Source: a virus. Taken from it: a DNA stretch of 64,000 nt. The notes under the pieces were generated by a model that saw only the letters and a list, made by a program, of their open reading frames with translations, had not been told where the DNA came from and did no database searches. Below, piece by piece: positions 30,705 to 40,600 of the stretch. Each line of letters opens with the position of its first letter. The stretch's first letter is position 1. Made by a program: the position numbers and the translations under genes. The stretch covers positions 11,833-75,832 of the IMG/VR virus record IMGVR_UViG_3300042154_001567. The stretch is one strand, 5' to 3'.

Positions 30705-30720
30705 ATAAATTATATATTTG
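30691..30720 (+). promoter_or_regulatory. Complete Bacteroidota sigma-70-type promoter
   Basis: TTTG (30691-30694), 18-nt spacer, TATATTTG (30713-30720). Confidence 0.7.
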
Positions 30721-30745
30721 TAAACAATTTAATAAACCAATAAAA

Positions 30746-31030
30746 ATGGCAAAGACAAAGTTACCACAAGAAAAAACTGTTGAAGTTAAGAAACTTACAA
30801 CAGAAGAATTAGAAAATCTAGTTAATGTTCAACAAAAGATTAATAACATTACTTTAAATTTAGGTAATGCTGAATTGGCTAAACAAACAATGTTTGTTGA
30901 ATATTCTAAAATTAAGGCTGAATGGGATGCTGTTGCAAAAACATTACAAGACAAATACGGTGATGTTAATGTTAACCTATCTGATGGTACAATTGCACCA
31001 ATAGATCCCTCTGCTAACCCATTAGGGTAA
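30746..31030 (+). CDS. Small coiled-coil protein
   Basis: LQDKYGDVNVNLSDGTI near the C terminus. ATG 30746 preferred because TTG 30692 lies within the promoter. Confidence 0.7.
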   Translation: MAKTKLPQEKTVEVKKLTTEELENLVNVQQKINNITLNLGNAELAKQTMFVEYSKIKAEWDAVAKTLQDKYGDVNVNLSDGTIAPIDPSANPLG

Positions 31031-31054
31031 ATTCTTTATTCATAAGTATTTTAT

Positions 31055-31110
31055 AAAAAATTTTATAACTGAACTTTTCTTGTTTGGTTATAAAATTTTT
31101 TGTATATTAT
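31055..31110 (+). promoter_or_regulatory. 15-bp perfect inverted repeat abutting a TATATTAT element
   Basis: AAAAAATTTTATAAC (31055-31069) / GTTATAAAATTTTTT (31087-31101); TATATTAT at 31103-31110. Confidence 0.55.
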
Positions 31111-31159
31111 AATTGTATAGAGCACAATAAACTATCACATTATAGTAAATAAAATATTT

Positions 31160-33418
31160 ATGATACCAACAAATTCAAGTAATACAACAAATGGATGTGA
31201 TAGTATCTCATCTAATTGTGTCATTTGGCAAGGTCCAGATATTAGTTGTATAAACCTTTGTAATGGAGATACAATAAGTGATGTAACAGCCAAATTAGCT
31301 ACATTAGTATGTTCTTTAATTGAAGATGGGGTTGCTGCTAATCCAAACTTAACAGGTTTAGACTTATCATGTCTTAATATTCCTGGTACAACGCCTACTA
31401 CATTAGTTCCTGTTTTACAACAAATGGTTAATGCAATATGTGAGACAAATACACCAGCAGGACCTACTTCAATATATATTCAAGCAAACCTTCCTATGAT
31501 GACTTTGCCTGCATGTTTAATCTATGATGATGCATCAGGTAATCCTGTAACACAATTACGTTTAGATAACTTTACTGTTTTATTAGCAAACAAAATTTGT
31601 GATATACTTTCATCTATAGTACTTATTAATTCAACTTTAAGCAATTATAATACTAGATTATTAACATTAGAAGCATGTGTATTACCATGCTCAGGTGCTG
31701 TAGCAGAAACGCAAGTAGTTCCAACATGTATAATTAATGTTGGTCAATTAACAAATGTATCTGTTTTATTACTTGCTTTAGAAGTAAGATATTGTGCATT
31801 AGAGACAGCAGTGGGTTTACCTGCTGCAATTAATGCTGCTATTAGTCAGGCTTGTATATTATCAACTACAAGTACATTAGCTAATTCAGCTGTATCATAT
31901 GGTTCAAAAACGGGTTGGAATAATACCCCTATTAATTTAGCACAAACAGTTCAAAACATGTGGATTGTATTGTGTGATATGTATGAATCTGTTTCAAGTA
32001 TCAAAACTAACTGTTGTCCTTCAGGTTGTGATAGTGTATCTTTTGGATATAATGTAATAAATGTATTAAGTGGTGAAGGTACAATAGCAGGTCTTAATTT
32101 TAATTTTCAAAATACAACAGGTAATGGATCTGTTATTCCAGTAGGATTTAATGATTGTGCGGGTAGTACAGTTATAACTATTAGAGACATTAATAATGTT
32201 ACTATTACTAGTACAGTAAGTGTTACAGCTTTACAAAATTCTGCATCAGGAGTTACTATTTCAGTACCGGGTTTAAATACTTATGGAGCATTAACTACAA
32301 GTGTGGCATTCTGTGTTACAAATGGTGGTGATACATGTAGTGATACAATAGTAAAATCAGTTACAGGAGTTATTCCTTGTCCATTACCAGTTATGAGTGC
32401 AATTACAACAACAGGAGCTACTGTTACATTTACAAATATGTTAGGTTCAACAGCAACCTATATTATAGATATTCTTAATGCTTCAACAAATCTTGTTGTA
32501 AGTACATATACACAAAATAGTCCAGGTCCTACAGTAACACGTGCATTTACGGGGTTAGTTGCAGGAACACAATATAAAACAAGAATAACAGTTCAAATTG
32601 GTGGTCAAACACAAGTTTGTACTAATACAGTAACATTTACAACTACAAGTGCAGCTGTTCCATGTAGTAATGGATTAGATGTAGTGTTTGTAGTAGATTA
32701 TACAGGAAGTATGAGTGAGGTTATTACCGAAATTAAAACAGGTATACCATCTACTATAAGTGTAATACAGTCAGCATCTGGAAGTAATGATTATAGATTA
32801 GGTTTAGTTTTAGCTGATGAAGGAAATGATAATACACCAACTTATGCTACATCAACAGATTATCTTGCATTACCAAGTAACCAAAGAGTTATAAACACAG
32901 GTGTTGGTAGTAAATGGCAGTATATTACTGCGGTAGAAAAAATGGCTACAAATAATAGTACATCATTTACAACTCAATTAAATAAAGTTTATAATGGTAC
33001 AAATGGTGTTGGTGGTCCTCCACCTACATATTGGCCAATAGGTGAGGGTGGTGGTGCACCAGAGCCAGTAGATATGGCTATTGGTTTTGTTGTAGAATCA
33101 AATGCATTTGCCGGTTCATTTAGATCAGGTGTTGCTAAATATGTAATAATTTATACAGATCAGTATCCTAGTGGAGATGATGATATTTTCAATGCTACAG
33201 ATATAACAAGATTAGCTTCATTAGCACAAACTTGTTTAACTCAAGGTATTAAGTGTTTTGTATTAGGAGGCGGTGTATCATTACCATATACACCACCAGG
33301 TGGAACAGTAACATATCCTTGGCAAAATTTTGCTGTAGCTACAGGTGGTTATTATAATACATCTTATACAACAGCAGCTGTAAATGCATTGATTACTAAT
33401 GGTTGTGCTTTAAGTTAA
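31160..33418 (+). CDS. Cys-rich virion fibre or adhesin with FN3-like and vWA domains
   Basis: N-terminal CDSISSNCVIWQGPD, coiled segments, FN3-like FTGLVAGTQYKTRI, vWA DVVFVVDYTGSM...PE...IIYTD. Confidence 0.75.
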   Translation: MIPTNSSNTTNGCDSISSNCVIWQGPDISCINLCNGDTISDVTAKLATLVCSLIEDGVAANPNLTGLDLSCLNIPGTTPTTLVPVLQQMVNAICETNTPAGPTSIYIQANLPMMTLPACLIYDDASGNPVTQLRLDNFTVLLANKICDILSSIVLINSTLSNYNTRLLTLEACVLPCSGAVAETQVVPTCIINVGQLTNVSVLLLALEVRYCALETAVGLPAAINAAISQACILSTTSTLANSAVSYGSKTGWNNTPINLAQTVQNMWIVLCDMYESVSSIKTNCCPSGCDSVSFGYNVINVLSGEGTIAGLNFNFQNTTGNGSVIPVGFNDCAGSTVITIRDINNVTITSTVSVTALQNSASGVTISVPGLNTYGALTTSVAFCVTNGGDTCSDTIVKSVTGVIPCPLPVMSAITTTGATVTFTNMLGSTATYIIDILNASTNLVVSTYTQNSPGPTVTRAFTGLVAGTQYKTRITVQIGGQTQVCTNTVTFTTTSAAVPCSNGLDVVFVVDYTGSMSEVITEIKTGIPSTISVIQSASGSNDYRLGLVLADEGNDNTPTYATSTDYLALPSNQRVINTGVGSKWQYITAVEKMATNNSTSFTTQLNKVYNGTNGVGGPPPTYWPIGEGGGAPEPVDMAIGFVVESNAFAGSFRSGVAKYVIIYTDQYPSGDDDIFNATDITRLASLAQTCLTQGIKCFVLGGGVSLPYTPPGGTVTYPWQNFAVATGGYYNTSYTTAAVNALITNGCALS

Positions 33419-33436
33419 TTTAAATAAAATATAAAG

Positions 33437-33997
33437 ATGGCATGTAATTGTTCAAAATGTAGTAGTAATTGTGGTTGTGCTGATACAGCATTAACAAGTC
33501 CATGTACATATACTGACTGTAGTGTTGGTAGTGAAAGATGTGATGATATACAATGTGCAGAATGTGTTAGTTATTGTGGAACCTCTTTTCAAATAGGTTC
33601 TGCAGGGTCATTATTACAAATAGCTAAAGGTGAAAGACTTGATTCTATTATTCAAAAATTTGCTATGATAGTATCTAATGGTTTAGGAGCATGTACATCT
33701 AATGATTTACCACATGATCCATTCAATGTATATGCGGGTGTTATTACAAGTAACAGTGTATCAGTATTATGGAATGGTACTTGGAGTGGAAGCACTGGAG
33801 TAAACATTTATTATAATACTCAGATAGCTCCTACTACGTGGGTTTTAGCTAATCCTGTACCAATTGTGCCAACCATATTTAACTTTACAATAACAAACCT
33901 TTTGTCTACTACAGCATATAAAGTAAAAGTGGTAAATGTGGGTAACTCATCATCATGTAAACCAATTGAAATACTATTTTCTACACTAGCAGTATAA
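33437..33997 (+). CDS. Cys-rich structural protein with a C-terminal FN3-like domain
   Basis: CVSYCG...GERLDSIIQK resembles the N terminus of the previous gene; ITNLLSTTAYKVKV is FN3-like. Confidence 0.65.
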   Translation: MACNCSKCSSNCGCADTALTSPCTYTDCSVGSERCDDIQCAECVSYCGTSFQIGSAGSLLQIAKGERLDSIIQKFAMIVSNGLGACTSNDLPHDPFNVYAGVITSNSVSVLWNGTWSGSTGVNIYYNTQIAPTTWVLANPVPIVPTIFNFTITNLLSTTAYKVKVVNVGNSSSCKPIEILFSTLAV

Positions 33998-34007
33998 CAT
34001 TAAAAAA

Positions 34008-34083
34008 CAACAATAGTGGCGGTTTGTTGGTTTTCTGTCACAGGCGTTGCAAGAGGCTGGGGAAACCCAGTCTCTTTTTTTTT
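34008..34083 (+). ncRNA. Candidate small RNA: hairpin with U/G-rich loop plus terminator
   Basis: CAAC/GTTG and GTGGCGG/CTGTCAC stems enclose the loop TTTGTTGGTTTT; GC-rich island in AT-rich DNA. Confidence 0.55.
34051..34083 (+). terminator. Rho-independent terminator
   Basis: AAGAGGCTGGG-GAAA-CCCAGTCTCTT followed by a T run. Confidence 0.9.
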
Positions 34084-34144
34084 AAATTAATCTTTAATAT
34101 TAAAAAAAAAATTTACATTTACACAATTAATTTAAAAATGTTCT

Positions 34145-35350
34145 ATGAGTTATTTAAAAAATAAAATACTTGAGTCATTAAAATGGAAAAAATCACCAGC
34201 TTATTGTGCTTCAAAACTAGGAATATCAGAAGAAGAATACATTAAAATTAAAGATCAGATTCTGAGTAAATTTAAAAAAGTATATAAAAAACAAGATTCT
34301 AAAATAAGTGAGTCTGTAGATTTAGAAAAGGGTGAATCAACAATTTCAGGTTCTTTTGCATATGAACCAAAATCAGCAGAAGAGATAATTAAACTTTTAA
34401 AAATTGATACAAAAGTTTGGAAGTTATCACAATATTGGAATAAACAAATGGGAGACCATTGGAGAGTTTCAGCTTTAATAACTAAAATTAAAGAAAATAC
34501 AAAAGAAGATTTATTAATAAATTTATTAAACAATTGGAAACCAAAGGTTTATAAAATAGATACTATAAAAAAACCCTATGACTCTAATAAAGCAGATGTA
34601 TGCGGGGTAATATCTTTACAGGATATTCATTTTGGAAAACAAGGAAATGAAACCATTGATAAAGATTTTGAAAATACAATAAAAAACTTATTAAACAAAG
34701 GTACTGCATCACATAATATTAAAGTATTGTACTTTGTGGTTGGTGGTGACTTAATCAATATGGATACCTTTAATGGTTCAACAACAAGTGGAACACCTCT
34801 TGATAACTGTATGTCTGCAACGGATGCTTATATGCAGGCTTTTGATGCAATGCATTGGGCTATAAATTATATAAAACAATATTGTGAAGAACTTGTAGTG
34901 GTATATGTTCCGGGTAATCATGATAGATTATCCTCTCATCATTTGGTGCATGCCCTATCTAAATCTATTTATAATGATGGAGATATAGAATGGGATATAA
35001 AGTATGAAGAAAGAAAAGTGCATGTATGGCATAATAATTTTAATGCATTTGAGCATGGTGATAAATCAAGTAAAAACAATCCTTTAATATATGCATCAGA
35101 ATACCCAAAAGAGTGGGGTAGCACAACGAATAGGACTCTATATAAGGGTCACATCCATACTGACAGAAAAGTAGAATACATGACATCTAATGAGACGGCA
35201 GGATTTATAGAGAAGACACTTCCTAGTTTAGGTAAAACAGACTATTATCACTATAGCAATAAATATACTGGCAATAGAAGATCAGGTAAATTAGAATTAC
35301 AAGATCCAATTCTAGGCATCATATGTGAATTAACTCATCAATCAGTATAA
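34145..35350 (+). CDS. Calcineurin-like metallophosphoesterase
   Basis: QDIHFG, GGDLIN, PGNHD, EHGD and GHIH motifs. Confidence 0.85.
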   Translation: MSYLKNKILESLKWKKSPAYCASKLGISEEEYIKIKDQILSKFKKVYKKQDSKISESVDLEKGESTISGSFAYEPKSAEEIIKLLKIDTKVWKLSQYWNKQMGDHWRVSALITKIKENTKEDLLINLLNNWKPKVYKIDTIKKPYDSNKADVCGVISLQDIHFGKQGNETIDKDFENTIKNLLNKGTASHNIKVLYFVVGGDLINMDTFNGSTTSGTPLDNCMSATDAYMQAFDAMHWAINYIKQYCEELVVVYVPGNHDRLSSHHLVHALSKSIYNDGDIEWDIKYEERKVHVWHNNFNAFEHGDKSSKNNPLIYASEYPKEWGSTTNRTLYKGHIHTDRKVEYMTSNETAGFIEKTLPSLGKTDYYHYSNKYTGNRRSGKLELQDPILGIICELTHQSV

Positions 35351-35396
35351 AGAAGCAACTTAAATTTCATTAAGTGGTCTTTTTTTTGTAAATTAT
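35351..35396 (+). terminator. Weak terminator followed by a GTAAATTAT promoter-like element
   Basis: ACTTAA-atttca-TTAAGT stem, T8 run, then TAAATTAT at 35389-35396. Confidence 0.45.
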
Positions 35397-35408
35397 AAAT
35401 ATAAGTGT

Positions 35409-35975
35409 ATGATAAACAATTTTAGAAAACCAGATTTAAAGGCACCAAGATATAGAGAAAAAAGATTAGGTTTATTAAATGAAGAAACCATAAAGGAATT
35501 TAAAGAAAAAAACCCTTTATATTATAGTATAGATAACAATAAGTTAAAGAAAATAATAAAGCTTTATAATACAAACTTATGGGAAGCAGTAATTAAAAAT
35601 AGAGATGGTGTAGAGTTACCTGACTCATTAGGATATTTGTTTATTGGCACATGTCCTTCTTCTAAAACGGTAAATACAAACTATGCACTATCTCAACAAT
35701 ACGGTAAAGTTTTGCAAAACAAAAATTGGGAAACTGATGGTAACTTGGGTAAAATATTTTATACTAACTGGTCAACAAAATATAGATTTAAAAATAGAGA
35801 GTTATGGAGATTTGTAGCTTGTAGAGAATTTAAAAGATCAGTAGCTAAAACATATCCAGAAAGCTGGACTAAATATGTTGTAATGAAAAACAAATATAGA
35901 GTGGCTCATTTATATGATATGAATACAGAAGAAACCAAAAAAGAATTAGAGTTTTATAATGAATTTGAAACATAA
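35409..35975 (+). CDS. IHF/HU-like DNA-binding protein (crAss-type)
   Basis: Basic; helix-helix then GVELPDSLGYLFI...F.ACREFKR; position before the tail ring genes. Confidence 0.6.
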   Translation: MINNFRKPDLKAPRYREKRLGLLNEETIKEFKEKNPLYYSIDNNKLKKIIKLYNTNLWEAVIKNRDGVELPDSLGYLFIGTCPSSKTVNTNYALSQQYGKVLQNKNWETDGNLGKIFYTNWSTKYRFKNRELWRFVACREFKRSVAKTYPESWTKYVVMKNKYRVAHLYDMNTEETKKELEFYNEFET

Positions 35976-35980
35976 ACATA

Positions 35981-36658
35981 ATGTCACAGATAATAATAGG
36001 AGAAGCAGTATCAAGAATAAGAGGACAGGTTAAAGCTGAAGTCCAAGATTCTTTTGTTACAGATAGATATATTTACAGTTTAATAGAAAAGTTTTCTCAG
36101 GTTTTAATGAGGAGACAAGATTCATTAAACAAATTAATGAAATTTAACTCTGTGTGGAAAGCTCTTCCATATGTTGAATTAATTGATGTAGATAAAGTAG
36201 AAGCAGGTTGTTCTGGAATAACTAGCGGATGTACAATAAAACGTACAAAATTAAGATTACCTTCTATGATTGAAGGTTATTGGGGTCCACTCATTCGTAC
36301 TGTAACCTCAATAGATAGTTCACAAGAACTTCAAGCAACATATCCTGGGGTATATACATCCATGACAAAAACAACATCTTTTAAATATAATAGAACAAAA
36401 TATTTCTGGTGGTTAGATGGATATATTTATTCACCTAATATTGAATGGGATGCTATTAGAGTTGAAGGTGTGTTTAATGATGATGTTACAAACTGGAATT
36501 GTGATACAAAAGATGATTGTATTCCTAGATATAAACAACCAATCTATGTACCTGAAGCAATGTTTGCTGAGATAGAATCTCAAATCATAAATGTTATGAT
36601 GAATACAATGAAGGTACCAAGTGAAGATTCTGATAATAAACAAAATATAAATAGATAA
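35981..36658 (+). CDS. Putative tail ring or tubular protein
   Basis: Synteny; RTKLRLP and YFWWLDGYIY motifs. Confidence 0.6.
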   Translation: MSQIIIGEAVSRIRGQVKAEVQDSFVTDRYIYSLIEKFSQVLMRRQDSLNKLMKFNSVWKALPYVELIDVDKVEAGCSGITSGCTIKRTKLRLPSMIEGYWGPLIRTVTSIDSSQELQATYPGVYTSMTKTTSFKYNRTKYFWWLDGYIYSPNIEWDAIRVEGVFNDDVTNWNCDTKDDCIPRYKQPIYVPEAMFAEIESQIINVMMNTMKVPSEDSDNKQNINR

Positions 36659-37602
36659 TGGGAGTATCACATAAATATAGAACATTCAGTCAATTATATG
36701 AAGATGTTGCAGTTGACTTTGCATCTTATTCATTAGAAGGATTGATTGAACCACAACAGTTAATTAAAGTTGCTACTAGAATTAATTATGAACTTGGTTT
36801 AAAAATACATAGAACTAAGGAAACTATAATTGATGTAGAACATGGTAGAGCTCAATTACCTAGAGATTTTGCATATATCAATTATGCATTTCTTTGTGGT
36901 GAGTATCATATCAATGCATCAATGCCTTCAGGTACACACGTTGAAACTTTTAATGATGTACCATATGTACCAGCACCGGGTGAAGTTGCTTCATGTAGTA
37001 CAGGAACAGGATGTGCTGATGTATGTGTAGTTCAAACATGTGAAGATAAAAATAGTTATCAATTAGTTCAAAGAATTTCTCCAAATCAATATAGAACTTA
37101 TAGTACTTGGACTCAATTAAAAATTCAAGATATAAATCAGAAAAGTTGTTTTTGTCCTGATTTGGCAGCACAAGCTCCAGACATTGCTCAAATAGTTGAT
37201 GGTTTTTTACTTACTAATTTTAATAGTGGTAGAGTTTATATAAGTTATCAAGGAGCAATGGAATCACCTGATGGAGATTTATTAGTTCTAGATCAACCTC
37301 TTTGTAATGAATATTATGAATATGCATTAAAGCAAAGAATATTAGAAAATATGATTTGGCAAGGAGAACAAGTATCTCCTCAATTGCAATTAGTTGAAGC
37401 ACGTTTAAGACCTGCAAGAAATAATGCATTATCATTTGTTAATACACCAGATTTTGCAGAAATGCAAAAAGTCTTTGTAATGAATAGAAGAGCTCAATAC
37501 CATAATTATTATAATATGTTTATGAGTTATGCTCCTTATAATCCAAGACTTCATAGAGGAATTAATACATCAAGTAGTATTAATAATCCTACACACCAAT
37601 AA
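36658..37602 (+). CDS. Putative tail ring or tubular protein (P22 gp4-like position)
   Basis: RAQLPRDF, GFLLTNFNSGRVYISY; directly precedes the stabilization gene. Confidence 0.65.
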   Translation: MGVSHKYRTFSQLYEDVAVDFASYSLEGLIEPQQLIKVATRINYELGLKIHRTKETIIDVEHGRAQLPRDFAYINYAFLCGEYHINASMPSGTHVETFNDVPYVPAPGEVASCSTGTGCADVCVVQTCEDKNSYQLVQRISPNQYRTYSTWTQLKIQDINQKSCFCPDLAAQAPDIAQIVDGFLLTNFNSGRVYISYQGAMESPDGDLLVLDQPLCNEYYEYALKQRILENMIWQGEQVSPQLQLVEARLRPARNNALSFVNTPDFAEMQKVFVMNRRAQYHNYYNMFMSYAPYNPRLHRGINTSSSINNPTHQ

Positions 37603-37617
37603 AAGAATTAAATTATT

Positions 37618-40600
37618 ATGGCACAACAAAATGAAAATCCTGGGACATCCTCTGTAAATACTAATTCATTCATTAAAGGAATGAATAAAGATATCACGCA
37701 GGCAATGGAACCAAAAGAAAGTTGGTGGCATGCACGTAATGCAATGAATAATTCTACTGATGGAGATCTTGGTGTAATAGGTAATGAACCATCAAATTTA
37801 CAATGTGGTGTTATACCTTATACAATTATTGGTGCTATACATAGATATGGTGATCAATGGATTGTATATTCTACTGATGATATAAATTCTGAAATTGGAA
37901 GATTTGATGATAGTGAATGTAAGTATGAAGTTATTGTAAATGATCCTTGTTTAAATTTTAATAGAAAACATTTAATAATTGGTGCAGCAAAAGAGAATTT
38001 TGATTGTACTTGGCAAGTATATTGGGATGATGGAAACAATCCTTCACGTTCATTAAACATTGATAAAGTTCCTTGGATTCAAACTGTGTCTTCTGCACCT
38101 GGTGATTCTTGTATTACTTTTGCTGATACAACGTCTTTAAATTGTGAGAAAATAAGATTAGCTCCTTTAGTAGATACACCTTGTGTTACTTTAAGTAAAT
38201 CAATAGATGGTGGTATGTTACAGAATGGTGCATATCAAGCATTTATTGCTTATACAGAAAATGAACAAAAAGTAACTGATTATATTGGTGTTTCTAATAT
38301 TCAAACATTATGGTCACATTCTGGTACAGCTGGTTCATTAAATGTTAAATTAAGTAATTTAGATAAAGATTATGATTACTATGAGTTAGTATTACTTGTT
38401 AGAAATCAAGGTCAGATATATGCTAAACGCATAGGTCTTTATAGTACACAACAACAAGATATTAATATTGATTATATTGATGATACATTAGTTGCTGTAA
38501 GTTTAAAAACAATACCTCAAAGAAGTCCTGCTTATGAAAAATCAAATGCAATGTATGTTGTAAATGATTGGTTAATTAGACAAGGACCCGTAAGTCAATT
38601 TGATTTTAACTATCAACCAATAGCAAATGATATTAAAGTTAATTGGGTAGCAAATCAAATAAATGCTAGTTATTATCATTTAAGTGGTAATAAGATGGGA
38701 TTCTTAAGAGATGAACAATATGCATTCTTTATTAGGTGGATTTATAACACAGGAGAAAGATCTTCTTCTTATCATATTCCAGGAAGAGCACCAAGGCCAT
38801 TTACAACCCCTTCAGGAACATATCTTGAAACAGATACTATATACGGCAATAATGTGTTAGATGCTGCTGGAGATCCTTTATATAAGGTTTATAATACAGG
38901 AACAATTACAGCACAAAATTTAACTGAAGTTCAACCAGATGGTTCATTAGTTATTGCTAGAGGTGAAATGGGATATTGGGAATCAACCGAAAGATATCCT
39001 GCTAATAGACCAGATATTTGGGGTGATCTTTGCGGTAAACCTATTAGACATCATAAGTTTCCTACTGAAGAAGTAGGAGGTGCAAATTCACCATTACATA
39101 TAAGTACAACAGCTGGAGATTTAATTAATATCTTGGGTGTTGAATTTACAAATATTGGAAGACCAAAAAATAATGACGGAACATATATATCAAATGTAGT
39201 TGGTTATGAAATATTAAGAGGATCTAGAGCAGGTGCAAAATCTATTTTAGCAAAAGGGTTATTTAGAAATATGCGTAAGTATACTATACCTAATGCAGAA
39301 AATCTAATAGGTAATTCTGTTCAAGGTTTATATCCTAATTATCCATACAATGATTTAAGACCGGATGTTTACTTTCATGATGGTGCTGCAAATTCTATCA
39401 ATAGAACAGAAGGTTGTGATAACTATACTGAATCAATACGTGATTTTAAACCATTAGGTTCAGCACCTGCTATAGCCGGTGATCCATCTGGATATTCAAA
39501 AACAGTATTTAGTTTTTCTTCACCAGATTTAATGTTTACTAAACCTTTTTTAAATGCTTATGAAACAAGATTATATGGTGAAGTAAGTGGTAATTCAAGT
39601 GGTTATTTTAAAGCATCTGAGGATCATCCACAATTTAAATTATTAAGAAATGGTGCTGCAATAATAGCTTCTGTTATTGGTGTTGGTTATGCTATGCATA
39701 AAGTATTAGGAACAAGAAGTACAACAGTGGAAGGTGCTAGAGGAAATTTTGATTCATCAAGTTTTCTTATGGCAGGTCTTTCAAGTGGATTTGGTCCAAA
39801 CCCTCTTGTACTTGTTCCATATATAGTTGCAGGAATGGGAGCAGTTGGAGCACAATCAGCTGCTGCAGTAGTTATAGATGTATTACTTGGAGACGCTGCA
39901 GGATTAGCAGATCTTTATCTTACTGGTGGAACAGCAACATATTCAAAAGATATGCTTAATGCAGGAGCCGCTATTGCTGCTGGTGCTTTTCCTGGTGTAA
40001 CAGGTGGTACTATAACTAAAACACAAGTTAATGATTCATCAGAATCATCATTACCTACAATTGTAAAGCTGTTTGTAGCTTCAACTATGGCTAAAACTAA
40101 TATAGCAATTGGTGGAAATGAAATATTAGAATTAATTTATAACTTAATTAATAAATCTGATTTTGCATTTAAATATAATTCTTATGGATTTTTTAATTCA
40201 TATCAAAAAATTAATACAGGATTATTTAGAATTAAAAATACAGATTCAAATTATTTAGGTCAATCTTTTCAATCATTTGATAGTGGGAAGTATAAAATTA
40301 ATAATTTATTTAGACCATCTACTGTAGCTGTTTCATTAAGTAATCCTGTAACGGAACCAAGTATAATTGATACATCAAGATTTACAATTGGGGGTTCTGT
40401 TAGTACTACTGGTAGTGTTAATGTTACAGATGGAAATATAACTAATCCATCAGTTAAACAAAAAACGCCTATATCAGCTTATTATGGTGCTCTTAAATTT
40501 AATTTTGATAATCAGTATGGTCAATTAGATGGCATTAAGCAAGTTCAAATGAGAGGTTGTGTAGAATATTTAGATCCTACTAAACCTGATGCTTTTAAAT

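Noticed and set aside
33940-34040. Minus-strand gene led by AAAACCAACAAA
   Set aside because: The following ATG closes after four codons (MLYC*), and the terminator's U-tract is on the + strand.
4395-35401. T4-like late promoter TATAAATA at 4395, 8611, 15093, 18182 and 35394
   Set aside because: Pure A/T octamer that also occurs in coding DNA (e.g. ~41125, ~48478). No sigma-55-like gene seen. Cannot be separated from chance by eye.
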